Shown here: piece by piece, positions 19,436 to 29,433 of the stretch
Position numbering within the stretch: the first letter of the stretch is position 1
How the letters are laid out: each line of letters opens with the position of its first letter
From: Bacteroidia bacterium
GTDB taxonomy: Bacteria; Bacteroidota; Bacteroidia; NS11-12g; UBA955
Assembly: GCA_023228875.1 (NCBI GenBank)
Contig: JALOAG010000005.1
Location: forward strand, 149,801-213,800
Length of the DNA: 64,000 nucleotides
Direction of reading: 5' to 3'
Program-made: the position numbers and the translations under genes
The notes under the pieces: generated by a model
Seen by the model: only the letters and a program-made list of their open reading frames with translations
What the model was told of the DNA's origin: nothing
The model's database searches: none

Positions 19436-20191
19436 GTGAACATCATTACTCTTATTTCTGATTTTGGAAACGGGTCACACTATGTAGCAAGAGTGAAAGG
19501 TATTCTGTATGCAACGCTGGGAGAAGTTACGATTGTTGATATTTCACACGATATTGCATCTTGGAATTTGGAACAAGCTATCTTTATACTGGCTGCCACA
19601 CATAAAACATTTGATGGCAATGTGATTCACTTGATTGGAATAAATGAACAAACAACTTCTCATATTGTTGCAAAATGCAACAATCATTGGTATATAGCAC
19701 CGGACAATGGGATTCTGCCTGAAGTGCTCAAAAATGAAGAGGTTGTGTATTATGGATTGGGTAAACATGAAGAACCTACATTTTTAGAAACTCTTTATCC
19801 ACGTATTGCTAAAACAATCCTTGACGGGAGTTTTGTGACAAGTGCTGTTGAAATAAACTTGCCTACGCAAAAGTTGTTTAAAATTCCTCGTATAAATAAA
19901 GATTCAATGCAAGCTTTTTATGCTTATTTTGACAAGTATGGAAACGCAGTTGTGAATTTAACTAAAAAGGAATTCTATGATTTTGTTGGAAACAGCCCGT
20001 TTGTAATTAGAGTAACTGAAATGGATGCAATTAATAGAATAACTGAAAGTTATTATAAAAGTGAGCAAGGAGAATTAATAGCCATATTTAATGCGGCAGG
20101 ATTCTTGGAGATTTCTGTTACATTTGGCAATGCAAAACAATTGTTTGGATTCCACAGGACACAGTGTGTGATTATAAATAGGAATGTGTAA
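19436..20191 (+). CDS. SAM-dependent chlorinase/fluorinase/hydroxide adenosyltransferase family protein (DUF62), divergent
   Basis: IITLISDFG, IVDISHDI, YIAPDNGIL, YFDKYGNAVVN, FNAAGFLEI. GTG start at 19436. Confidence 0.8.
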   Translation: MNIITLISDFGNGSHYVARVKGILYATLGEVTIVDISHDIASWNLEQAIFILAATHKTFDGNVIHLIGINEQTTSHIVAKCNNHWYIAPDNGILPEVLKNEEVVYYGLGKHEEPTFLETLYPRIAKTILDGSFVTSAVEINLPTQKLFKIPRINKDSMQAFYAYFDKYGNAVVNLTKKEFYDFVGNSPFVIRVTEMDAINRITESYYKSEQGELIAIFNAAGFLEISVTFGNAKQLFGFHRTQCVIINRNV

Positions 20192-20193
20192 TT

Positions 20194-20490
20194 ATGATAA
20201 AACGGATAGTTAAAATGAGCTTTCAGCCTGATAAGATTGATGAATTTTTAAATGTATTTCATCAAGCAAGACCTCATATACTAAAGATGCAGGGCTGTAA
20301 CAGTGTAGAATTATTTTCAGAAGATGACATGCCGCATATCATGTTCACACTAAGCGAGTGGAATAATGTAGTTGCTTTGGAAAATTATCGCAAGAGCGAA
20401 CTTTTTATTAACACTTGGAAAAGGACAAAAGTATTGTTTGCAGAAAATGCACAAGCATGGACAATCAAACCTATAAAAGAAACATTATGA
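20194..20490 (+). CDS. Antibiotic biosynthesis monooxygenase (ABM) domain protein
   Basis: 98 aa; RIVKM.F...GC..VEL...FTLSEW....LENYR.SELF...W. Confidence 0.8.
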   Translation: MIKRIVKMSFQPDKIDEFLNVFHQARPHILKMQGCNSVELFSEDDMPHIMFTLSEWNNVVALENYRKSELFINTWKRTKVLFAENAQAWTIKPIKETL

Positions 20491-22805
20491 AAACCAACTA
20501 TAACTTCACAATTATCCTTAGGAGCGTGATTTTGCTTCTGTTCTTAGTTCCCTTCTTTGTTTTTGCTCAACAAAAAGAGCATATCAAAGCTGAGAAGGCG
20601 CTCAAAGAAAAAAGATATGAAAAGGCATTGAGATATTCTGAAAAGGCATTAAAGAAAAACAGTAAAGATGTAAAAGCATTAATGCTTAAATCCCAATCTT
20701 TGTATTATTTGTTTAAGAATCCCGCCACATCTGAGAAATATAGTGATGGATTAAAAGAGTCAGTAAAAGCAGCGCAAAAGGCATTGGAAAAAGATGAAAA
20801 AGGCTTGATTGAAAATATATATAAGGATTATTTAGTGAAGTTGGCAAGAGAGAATAATGCCGAAGGTGAAAAGTATTTTAAACAAGAAAGATATAGCAAG
20901 GCAGAGCAATATTTTAAGTTAAGTGTAAAATTCAACCCCAATGATACGAGTGCATTATTTTATCTTGGGTCTTGTTATTGGTATCAAGAGCAGAAACCGG
21001 AAGCAATTGAGTATTTTATCTCTGTAGCGCAATCAAATTTTTCTACCTTCTCAGCTAATTTACAGGTTAATCCGATACAATTTAAAGTGTTTAGATTTTT
21101 GACTGAATATTATATGGCAGAAAAGAAGTGGGACTCTGCCGGAATCTATATCTCAATGGGATTGGAAATGTATCCTGATGATTATTTCTTGAGAGGTAAT
21201 AAATACGGTTTATACAGAGTTCGAGTGAAGGATTTGCCTCCATCGCTCAATTACTTGGCAGAAGTTCGCGCAGCATTACAAGATTTTCCAACAGATTCAT
21301 TTTTTCTTATCAAAGAGAATGCATTGTATATTTATCTGTTCAAAAATTCTCTGAATAACAATGTAGTGGCGGATGCAGATTCTTTGCTCGGAATTTTTGT
21401 TTTAGACAGGATGCAAAGGGCACAACGTGCTGACAGACATATAATTGAAAAGTTTGATGTGTTCGTTGGAGATACGCCTGCAGAAATATTTAGAAAGGTA
21501 TTAGATTATGTAACAAGTAAATATCATAAGGAGATATTTGCTTGGTTGAGTCAAAAGTGGATTAGTGAGGAATTAAAGAAAGATTTTGTTAGCGGAAAGG
21601 AGTATTTATCAATGGCTGACAAGGAGTTTAATGCTGGAAAGAAAGATTTTGCAGTGCTCATGTTGCTTTCTGAATACAAACGTCCCAACAGAAAGGGCGA
21701 AAATGAGATGCAATTAATTGAAATGCTTTCCAAATGGTCATATATGCAATTGCCTTTAATGGGGTTAGATTATGCTCAAGAAATGATGGGTGAAATTAGG
21801 AAAGGCAAGAATAAAAATAAAGTAACAAAGATTTATAGAGATTTAAAGTTTGCTTTTATTGATTCATTGGCAGTGAATGGTTACTTTTTCCGTGCTTATT
21901 CAATATTTGGAGAAACATTGACAGAATTTCCGGCAGATGCTAAATATCTAAATGAAGTCAAGTTGAAAAACCTTGCAAATCTTGATTTTAAGATGAATTA
22001 CTACGGTTCTCGCATTGCAGGGTGGGGTAATGAACCCAAAGTAGGAGAAGTTGCATTTGTTACAGATATGTACGTAGCAAATTGTGAAGCAGGTACCGTG
22101 TCCAATGAAGTATTAGAAAGAGTCTTACAACGAGTAAATTATTTTAGAAGAGTCTCAGGTGTAACAAAGCCTGTTTATTTTGCTAAGGATCTCAATACAA
22201 AGTGCCAATTTGCGGCACTGACATTTGAAGCAAACAAGAACCTCACACATACGCCTGCCGATGGACTTAGATGTTTGACAGATTTGGGAAGGGAAGGCGC
22301 AGACAGGAGTTTGTTAGTGAAAGAATATAACCCTGCCTTGGCAATCACAGCATTGATGGGAGATAAGAACTCAAGTCAAGGAAATCGCAGATGGTTGCAG
22401 TATCCCTTGGCTGTAAATATGGGGTTTGGTGCAGGCGCGTCATCCCAAGTGTTATGGGTGATGGATAATACGAATGTGTCTGATTCAACATACTATAAAG
22501 AACACTTTATTGCATATCCAAATGCCGGATATACGCCCAAGATGTTATGTTTTTCTAAGTGGTCTTTTTCAATTTTTGATAACTTGGAAGGAGCAGATGT
22601 AAAGGTGTTTAATAGTGCAGGCAAAAGTGTTAATGTGAAGGTAGAGCCATTAGTAAAGGGGTATGGAATGCCAACAATAGTATTTGCACCGGAATTTGAA
22701 TTAGATAAAAGTGAGAAAGATCAAAAATTTACTGTTTCCATTAAACTCAAAAACGGAAAGACATACTCATACAATGTAGTACTGTTTTCTCCTGACTTGA
22801 AGTAA
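20487..22805 (+). CDS. Secreted TPR-repeat protein with C-terminal CAP/SCP-like domain
   Basis: Signal peptide; TPR-like units (YSKAEQYFKLSVKFNPNDTSALFYLGSCY); C-terminal RVNYFRRVSG...CQFAAL...NLTH.P...GNRRWL.YP...MGFG pattern. Confidence 0.65.
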   Translation: MKTNYNFTIILRSVILLLFLVPFFVFAQQKEHIKAEKALKEKRYEKALRYSEKALKKNSKDVKALMLKSQSLYYLFKNPATSEKYSDGLKESVKAAQKALEKDEKGLIENIYKDYLVKLARENNAEGEKYFKQERYSKAEQYFKLSVKFNPNDTSALFYLGSCYWYQEQKPEAIEYFISVAQSNFSTFSANLQVNPIQFKVFRFLTEYYMAEKKWDSAGIYISMGLEMYPDDYFLRGNKYGLYRVRVKDLPPSLNYLAEVRAALQDFPTDSFFLIKENALYIYLFKNSLNNNVVADADSLLGIFVLDRMQRAQRADRHIIEKFDVFVGDTPAEIFRKVLDYVTSKYHKEIFAWLSQKWISEELKKDFVSGKEYLSMADKEFNAGKKDFAVLMLLSEYKRPNRKGENEMQLIEMLSKWSYMQLPLMGLDYAQEMMGEIRKGKNKNKVTKIYRDLKFAFIDSLAVNGYFFRAYSIFGETLTEFPADAKYLNEVKLKNLANLDFKMNYYGSRIAGWGNEPKVGEVAFVTDMYVANCEAGTVSNEVLERVLQRVNYFRRVSGVTKPVYFAKDLNTKCQFAALTFEANKNLTHTPADGLRCLTDLGREGADRSLLVKEYNPALAITALMGDKNSSQGNRRWLQYPLAVNMGFGAGASSQVLWVMDNTNVSDSTYYKEHFIAYPNAGYTPKMLCFSKWSFSIFDNLEGADVKVFNSAGKSVNVKVEPLVKGYGMPTIVFAPEFELDKSEKDQKFTVSIKLKNGKTYSYNVVLFSPDLK

Positions 22806-22815
22806 GGTAATTTTT

Positions 22816-23376
22816 TTAATTCTTTTTCTTAATTATAATCAGCCTGAGTTCATCAGCAAAATACCAATTGCCATCCATTTTTAACAATAAAATTCGGATG
22901 CGAATTTTGTCTTTTGCATTTCTTTTCATTTCTAAATTTAAGTAGCAGAACTCTCGGTCAAAATCAGGATGAATTCCTTGTTCTAAAAAGAAATGTATTG
23001 GTTCACTCTTTTTAAGATTAATATTTGAATTCTTGGCATCCTTAAATAGCCTTTTAAATTGCTTGTTGAGTCCTGATTTGAAAAGCAAAAACTTATATCG
23101 GAAAGTAGTTTCTGAATATTTTTGTTTGGCAGTAGAATCGAGAAATTGTTGATAGGCGCTCCAAGTGGGGGTGTTGTTCAGCAAGTATTCTTTTTTCTTG
23201 TTGACAATTGCCTTGAAAAATGTGTCGGCTAATTGAATCAGAGATTTATTGCTGTCAATAAAAGTACTGTCTTCAAAACTTCTAAAAGGAATTGGAGAGG
23301 GGATAAAAGTTTGCTGCTGTGCTATTAGAGGTAGCACACAGCTCGTTAGCAATAAAGATAAAATCCACTTTTTCAC
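22816..23376 (-). CDS. Hypothetical secreted protein
   Basis: GTG start at 23376 gives a signal peptide (VKKWILSLLLTSCVLPLIA); TACCTTTG element at 23382-23389; no family recognised. Confidence 0.6.
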   Translation of the reverse strand: MKKWILSLLLTSCVLPLIAQQQTFIPSPIPFRSFEDSTFIDSNKSLIQLADTFFKAIVNKKKEYLLNNTPTWSAYQQFLDSTAKQKYSETTFRYKFLLFKSGLNKQFKRLFKDAKNSNINLKKSEPIHFFLEQGIHPDFDREFCYLNLEMKRNAKDKIRIRILLLKMDGNWYFADELRLIIIKKKN

Positions 23377-23463
23377 ATTGGCAAAGGTAAACATTGAAGT
23401 AGCTAGTGTGCAAGATGTGTTCGTAGAGTAGTATAATCCTTACTGATTGTTGTTCAACAGCAT

Positions 23464-23808
23464 TTATTTTAGTAGCTCTTCCGGGTCCCAGAATACGATT
23501 TCAAAATTTTGAACTCTGTTGTTTACAACCGAAATGCCTTCTTCTGCCAGCAGTTCCTCCATGCTTTGGGATTGAAAATGAAATTTGCCTGTTAATAAAC
23601 CAATTCTATTGACCACTCTGTGTGCAGGAACATTCTGATTGTCATCATTTCCTAAATTATTGAGTGCATAACCTACCATTCTTGCACTCCTTGTTGTACC
23701 TAAGAACCTTGCAATCGCACCATAGGATGTAACTCTACCATAAGGTATTTGTTTTACAGTATCCCAAACTTGCTCATAGAAATCATTCGATGTATGCACT
23801 TTATTCAT
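23464..23808 (-). CDS. Alkyltransferase-like (ATL/MGMT family) DNA-binding protein without catalytic Cys
   Basis: IPYGRVTSYGAIA, ARMVGYAL; VPAHRVVN has Ala in place of the Cys of PCHRV. Confidence 0.88.
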   Translation of the reverse strand: MNKVHTSNDFYEQVWDTVKQIPYGRVTSYGAIARFLGTTRSARMVGYALNNLGNDDNQNVPAHRVVNRIGLLTGKFHFQSQSMEELLAEEGISVVNNRVQNFEIVFWDPEELLK

Positions 23809-23841
23809 CTACTTTGGCGTAATAATTGTAAGGTCAAAAAC

Positions 23842-23857
23842 TATCTTTGCAAATCTA
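23842..23857. promoter_or_regulatory. Abutting -7 elements: TATCTTTG (+, 23842-23849) and TAGATTTG (-, 23850-23857)
   Basis: Sequence TATCTTTGCAAATCTA in the 65-bp gap between divergent genes. Confidence 0.55.
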
Positions 23858-23873
23858 AAAACAAAAATGTTAT

Positions 23874-25391
23874 ATGAAAAAATACCTTGTTAGTTTAGCC
23901 ATCTTACTTACAGGACTAAGCGCTTGTGCACAAAATAAAAACAATAAAAGTGATTATCCTCCGGCAAAAGACGGATATGCAATATCGATTAAAATTAAAG
24001 GGTTACAGCAAGGAAGTCAATTAATATTGGCAAATTATTTAGGTGATAAACCTTATGCTCGTGATACTGCATTTGTTGATAACAACGGGGTGGCTACATT
24101 TTCTGGCAAAGATCGATTGGAGCGTGGTATTTATATGGTGCTCTTGCCCGGTATGTCATATTTTGAAATTTTGGCAACTGATAATAATTATTTCACAATT
24201 GAAACCGATACAACCAAAGAAGATTACTATCAGGATATGAAAGTGTTGAATTCCCCTGAAAATACTCGATTTGTAGCCTATAATTTATTTTTGAGTAAGA
24301 AAGGAATTGAAAGAAGTAAAGCTACAGATGATAAAGCCAAACGTGTGATTGACACTGAAGTTAATGAGTTTAAACAAAAACAAATATCAGAATTCCCTAA
24401 TGATTTGTTAACCCATGTACTTTTAATGATGGAACAACCAAAAGTGCCGGATGCCCCTGCCGGATTAAGCCCTGAGGATGCTAAACAATGGCAGTATAAT
24501 TATTATGTTGCGCACTATTGGGATAATGTTAATTTTAAAGAAGAAGGATTAACCAGAACTCCAGGAGCCATTTTTCAAAACATAATTGATAGATATTTTG
24601 ATAAAGTGATTAGCCAAGACCCGGATTCATTAATCAAACATATTGACCTTGTTGAAAGGAAAATTGACGGGAATAAAGAGTTAGAAAGATTCTATATATG
24701 GTATTTAACTCGTAAATACGAAACCAGTAAAGTGATGTGTCATGATGCAGTCTTTGCACACATGGCTAAGAGTTTTTACTGTACCGGCAAAGCATTCTGG
24801 GCAGATAGTACATTGATTGCCAAAATTTGCGAAAAAGCTGAAAAGATTGGCTACACTACATGTAAAACCAAAGTGCCTGATTTAAGATGTGCTGATATCA
24901 ACGATCAATACCATCATTTGTATCAAGAGAAAGGACGTTACACTATATTGATTTTCTGGGATCCCACTTGTGGACATTGTAAAAAAGTGCTTCCTAAGGT
25001 AGAAGATTTAAAAATGAGAATGAAAGATACCATTTCGGTTTATGCCGTAGCAACCGAAGGTAAATATGATGAATGGGTAAAATACACCCACGAACACCCT
25101 GAATTGATGCAAATTTTTACGAATGTATGCAAAACAGACAGGTATTTCCCATGGCCCATAAACAGACAGAACTACGACATACAAGCGAATCCGACAATCT
25201 TCTTATTAGACACAGAGAAAAAGGTCATCGCTAAGAAAATTGACGAAGACAGATTGGAAGAGTTTATTATCTACATGATGGGTGAAGATAATCTATTACC
25301 GAAAGAGGTTGTAAATGCAAGGATTAAAGATTTCCAAGCTAAGCATCCTGAACCTAAGGAAGAACCGGTTCAGAACCATGAAAATGAGTAA
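23874..25391 (+). CDS. Lipoprotein redoxin (TlpA-like thioredoxin fold, DUF5106-like central region)
   Basis: Lipobox LSAC; YYVAHYWDNVNF; C-terminal FWDPTCGHCKK (CxxC) and YDIQANPTIFLLD. Confidence 0.8.
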   Translation: MKKYLVSLAILLTGLSACAQNKNNKSDYPPAKDGYAISIKIKGLQQGSQLILANYLGDKPYARDTAFVDNNGVATFSGKDRLERGIYMVLLPGMSYFEILATDNNYFTIETDTTKEDYYQDMKVLNSPENTRFVAYNLFLSKKGIERSKATDDKAKRVIDTEVNEFKQKQISEFPNDLLTHVLLMMEQPKVPDAPAGLSPEDAKQWQYNYYVAHYWDNVNFKEEGLTRTPGAIFQNIIDRYFDKVISQDPDSLIKHIDLVERKIDGNKELERFYIWYLTRKYETSKVMCHDAVFAHMAKSFYCTGKAFWADSTLIAKICEKAEKIGYTTCKTKVPDLRCADINDQYHHLYQEKGRYTILIFWDPTCGHCKKVLPKVEDLKMRMKDTISVYAVATEGKYDEWVKYTHEHPELMQIFTNVCKTDRYFPWPINRQNYDIQANPTIFLLDTEKKVIAKKIDEDRLEEFIIYMMGEDNLLPKEVVNARIKDFQAKHPEPKEEPVQNHENE

Positions 25392-25443
25392 CAAGAGTAT
25401 GTGAGAATTGATGGCTCTGGATTCGCAGTTAGCTTCGTATTAA

Positions 25444-26076
25444 TTAAAAAAGTTCTTTTCTGCCGGCAAAACTACAAATAGGGCAGGAGTGTGGATTATG
25501 CCCACGAGCCGAACAAAATTTTCTGCCAAAATATATTATTTGTAAATGAACTTTGTTCCATAGCGTAGATGGAATTAGCCTTTTTAAGTCCTTTTCGGTT
25601 CTGACAACAGATGAGCCGTTACTCAACCCCCATCTCCATGCAAGTCGATGTATGTGCGTGTCAACTGGAAAAGAAGGCACTCCAAAAGATTGAGCCATAA
25701 TTACAGAAGCTGTTTTGTGTCCAACTCCGGGCAGTTCTTCTAACTGTTCAATTTGATTTGGAACTTGTCCGTGATATTTTTCAATTAAAATATGACTCAG
25801 TTCATAGATTGCTTTTGATTTAGCCGGAGAAAGACCGCATGGTTTAATGATTTCTCTAATTTCTTCAACTGAAAGAGTACTCATAGCATACGGATTATCT
25901 GCTAGTGAAAATAGGATTGGTGTAATTTTATTTACTCTTTCATCAGTACATTGTGCTGACAATAACACAGCAATTAATAATGTGAATGAGTCTTTGTGAG
26001 TGAGAGGAATAGGAGGATTGGGGAAAAACTCATCCAATGTTTTTAATATGCGTTCTACCTTTTCTGCTTTTGTCAT
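25444..26076 (-). CDS. nth: Endonuclease III
   Basis: LLIAVLLSAQCTDERVN, HhH LPGVGHKTA, VDTHI.R, C-terminal FC..R...C.IC cluster. Confidence 0.96.
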   Translation of the reverse strand: MTKAEKVERILKTLDEFFPNPPIPLTHKDSFTLLIAVLLSAQCTDERVNKITPILFSLADNPYAMSTLSVEEIREIIKPCGLSPAKSKAIYELSHILIEKYHGQVPNQIEQLEELPGVGHKTASVIMAQSFGVPSFPVDTHIHRLAWRWGLSNGSSVVRTEKDLKRLIPSTLWNKVHLQIIYFGRKFCSARGHNPHSCPICSFAGRKELF

Positions 26077-26079
26077 AAG

Positions 26080-27057
26080 TTAAAAGAAATTAAAAGTTAG
26101 ATCAGCGTAACCCATACTAATGTCTTTAGTTACATGTTTTATAATGCTATCAATTACTTTGGGAAAATGCCGCTTTCCAACTAATATTGAAGATAATTGA
26201 GTAAATAAATCAGAATCGGGATGCATAATTTCTGCTTTTGTAATGCGTGACTCTCTCTCAACTTCAAGCAGAATAGAGCCGGACTTGTTGTGATATTCGA
26301 AATTTGAATGGAAAGAATATGCCGGTGAATAACCATAATTCCATTCATCTTTTTCAAATTTAGTTACTGTAATTGCTTCAATTAGGTCGGTTTCTTCACA
26401 TGTAAATCCTCTAATATCAGTAATGTTAAAGTGTTTAATTAGATGTTGTTCCAGTCCTTGACGGAATTCGGTTAATCCCATGTCCCTCAATAGTAGTTCT
26501 CTAATATTGACAACTTTACTCCTTACTGATTGTACTGCTTTGTCAGTGTATTTGTCAGGGGATGTTTGGATAGCCTTACCGAGATTACGTAAATTGGAAT
26601 CAAACAAAAGTGTTCCGTGATGCAGAATTAGTTTTTCCTTACGAAAATGATGTTCCGCATTGCCACTGATTTTTAGGTTGTTTACAATAATATCATTTCT
26701 CCCACTTGGTACTGCATTTACACCGAGCGATTGTAGATATTCAATAACGGGGTCAATAAATCTTCGGAAATCAATGATATTGGTTTCACTGATTATGGGT
26801 AACCCTATAGTGAAGTTTAAATTTCCTGCATCGTGAAATACCGTTCCTCCACCGGAGATTCTGCGTGCAACTTTAATGTGGTTGTCAATAACATATTTGA
26901 AATTTATTTCAGCTAATGCGTTCTGATGTTTACCTACAACGACTGTATTTTCATTTTGCCACAACATAACAAAGCCTTCGGGGAAATTGTTCAGTAGAAA
27001 TTCCTCCGCTGCTAAGTTAAAAAATGGATTTGTATATGGATTATAGAAAAGAATCAC
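26080..27057 (-). CDS. lplA: Lipoate-protein ligase A
   Basis: FNLAAEE, VVVGKHQN, RRISGGGTVFHD.GNLN, KISGNA, HHGTLLF. Confidence 0.92.
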   Translation of the reverse strand: MILFYNPYTNPFFNLAAEEFLLNNFPEGFVMLWQNENTVVVGKHQNALAEINFKYVIDNHIKVARRISGGGTVFHDAGNLNFTIGLPIISETNIIDFRRFIDPVIEYLQSLGVNAVPSGRNDIIVNNLKISGNAEHHFRKEKLILHHGTLLFDSNLRNLGKAIQTSPDKYTDKAVQSVRSKVVNIRELLLRDMGLTEFRQGLEQHLIKHFNITDIRGFTCEETDLIEAITVTKFEKDEWNYGYSPAYSFHSNFEYHNKSGSILLEVERESRITKAEIMHPDSDLFTQLSSILVGKRHFPKVIDSIIKHVTKDISMGYADLTFNFF

Positions 27058-27968
27058 TTGGGTAAGGTGTTCAATTTATGTGATTTCTTATTGTGTAAAA
27101 ATGTAGCCCACATGTCCTGCACAATGCCGTCTTTTAGACCAAAGTCAGGGGCAATGATTTGGTTGGATTTAACAATTTGAAGAATTTTGATATAAATATC
27201 TCCGGCAAAATCAATTACTTCTGCTCTGTCAGGATTGAGTTGAAGTTTATAAACTCTTTCCTCTTGACTATACTTATGAATCTTGTTATTAATGTTTTTG
27301 AGTTTTCTTAAAGACATAAAAGAGCCTTCTTTCACACCCGCTAATTCATATAATTTAGTCATACTTCCACCGGTACCAATTGATTTGACACGTCCCATTT
27401 TAGCAAAATAGTTGTTTGCCCATTCTTCAAGTTCGTCCCAAGCCTTTTGTTTTACCTTGCCCTCTCTCATTCTGACAGCGCCAATATTAAAACTTTTAGT
27501 AACAATGACTTCTCTATTGTGCAAATGCGAAATCTCAGTACTTCCACCGCCTACATCGATATGGATATAATCGGATTTTTTTTCTAAAAGGTGTAAGAAG
27601 GATTTAATAATTAATTGAGATTCTTGCACCCCGGAAATGATTTCAATTTTAAGCTCGGTCTCTTCTTTAATCTTTGCAATTATTTGTTCTGCATTTTCCG
27701 CATCTCTCATAGCACTTGTAGCACAAGCACGATAATAATCAACATTGTAAACATCCATTAAAAGCCCAAATGCTTTAATAGACTTTGTCAGCAATTCAGC
27801 TTTCTTTTTACTTATTTCTTTAGTTTTAAAAACGTCATCACCTAATCTCAGCGGTAGGCGAGAAAACTCTATTTTTTTTAATTTGCTAAAAGGATTATTA
27901 AGTTCAAGCGGTCTTACAATCAGGAATTTTACTCCATTAGAACCAATATCGATAGCTGCAAGTTTCAC
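27054..27968 (-). CDS. ppx: Ppx/GppA family exopolyphosphatase
   Basis: AAIDIGSN, ACATSAMRDA, IDVGGGSTE, GTGGS, DRAEVI, GLKDGI. Confidence 0.9.
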   Translation of the reverse strand: MKLAAIDIGSNGVKFLIVRPLELNNPFSKLKKIEFSRLPLRLGDDVFKTKEISKKKAELLTKSIKAFGLLMDVYNVDYYRACATSAMRDAENAEQIIAKIKEETELKIEIISGVQESQLIIKSFLHLLEKKSDYIHIDVGGGSTEISHLHNREVIVTKSFNIGAVRMREGKVKQKAWDELEEWANNYFAKMGRVKSIGTGGSMTKLYELAGVKEGSFMSLRKLKNINNKIHKYSQEERVYKLQLNPDRAEVIDFAGDIYIKILQIVKSNQIIAPDFGLKDGIVQDMWATFLHNKKSHKLNTLPK

Positions 27969-27990
27969 AAGCTATTTGACTTTAGTCACA

Positions 27991-29433
27991 TCAAAAAGTA
28001 TTGATTTTGATTCTCTTCTGGAGTTCATCAACATCATATCTGAATTTCTTGTCGGTGTCCATAAGGTCGTTCACAGTTTGACAAGCGTGAATTACAGTTG
28101 AATGGTCTCTTCCGCCAAAATGAGAGCCAATATTCTTGAGTGAAGCTTTTGTAAAATCCTTTGCAAAGTACATTGCAATCTGTCTGGCTTGCACAATTTC
28201 GCGCTTTCTTGTTTTGGATTTTACTGTGTCAACTTCAATATTATAATATTCACAAACGACTTTTTGGATAAAGTCAATAGATATTTCCCTGCTCGTATTC
28301 TTCACTAAATTCTTCATTACTTGCTTAGTTAAATCAAGATCAATTTTCTTTCTGTTAAGAGATGATTGCGCCATTAAAGAAATCAAGGCACCTTCAAGTT
28401 CTCTTACATTATTATCAAGATTGTGAGCAATATATTCAATTACTTCCTCATTCAGCGTAATACCTTCATTGTATATTTTATTTTCAAGAATAGCAATGCG
28501 CGTTTCGAAGTCAGGAGTGTCAATGTCTGCACTTAAACCCCACTTAAATCTACTTAATAACCTTTCGTCAACGTCTTTAATATCTTTAGGTGGTCTATCA
28601 GAAGTTAAAATAATTTGTTTGCCGTTTTGGTGGAGGTGGTTGAAGATTTGAAAGAAAATTTCTTGGGTTTTTTCCTTTTTGGCTAATTCATGTACATCAT
28701 CAACAATTAACACATCTATCTGTTGGTAAAAATTAATGAAATCGTTGTTTGTATTGTTTTTACAAGCATCTATATATTGATTAGTGAATTTCCCAGTTTG
28801 AATATAGAGTACCACCTTGTTTTTATGGTTCAATTTTATTTGATTTCCAATTGCTTGCACAAGGTGTGTTTTTCCAAGCCCGGTGCCGCCAAAAATCATG
28901 AGAGGATTAAAAGCAGTCTCTCCAGGTTGTTGAGCGATTGAAAAACCTGCGGAGCGTGCAAGACGATTACATTCACCTTCTATAAAGTTGTCGAAGTTGT
29001 AACGATTTTGAAGCTGGCTATTAATATTAAGGCGTTTAATGCCCGGAATGACAAAAGGATTTTTAATTTCGGCAATAGCATCAAGGGGCATGTTAACTTC
29101 ATTGCCTGTGTTTTTATTGTGTTTTGAAGTAGGTAAGTTAATGGTATAGGGAGCTTTGTTTGTGCTAGAGTTCTCAACAATAATGTTGTATTCTAATTTT
29201 GCGCCAGGACCTAAAACCTTACGCAAGGTTTTTTGTAAAATATCCACGTAGTTTTCTTCAATCCATTCGTAAAAAAACTGGCTGGGTACCTGTATAGTTA
29301 ATATTTTGTTTTCTAGTTTTAATGGAGCCATAGGCTCAAACCAAGTCTTGAAACTTTGTGCATTCAGATTATCTCTGAATATTTTTAAGCACTTATTCCA
29401 TACTCCTTCGTGATTTAGTTGTTCTTCTATCAT
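27991..29433 (-). CDS. dnaA: Chromosomal replication initiator DnaA
   Basis: WFEPM, YNFDNFIEGECN, GGTGLGKTHL, RLLSRFKWGL, NVRELEGAL, FGGRDHSTVIHA. Confidence 0.99.
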   Translation of the reverse strand: MIEEQLNHEGVWNKCLKIFRDNLNAQSFKTWFEPMAPLKLENKILTIQVPSQFFYEWIEENYVDILQKTLRKVLGPGAKLEYNIIVENSSTNKAPYTINLPTSKHNKNTGNEVNMPLDAIAEIKNPFVIPGIKRLNINSQLQNRYNFDNFIEGECNRLARSAGFSIAQQPGETAFNPLMIFGGTGLGKTHLVQAIGNQIKLNHKNKVVLYIQTGKFTNQYIDACKNNTNNDFINFYQQIDVLIVDDVHELAKKEKTQEIFFQIFNHLHQNGKQIILTSDRPPKDIKDVDERLLSRFKWGLSADIDTPDFETRIAILENKIYNEGITLNEEVIEYIAHNLDNNVRELEGALISLMAQSSLNRKKIDLDLTKQVMKNLVKNTSREISIDFIQKVVCEYYNIEVDTVKSKTRKREIVQARQIAMYFAKDFTKASLKNIGSHFGGRDHSTVIHACQTVNDLMDTDKKFRYDVDELQKRIKINTF

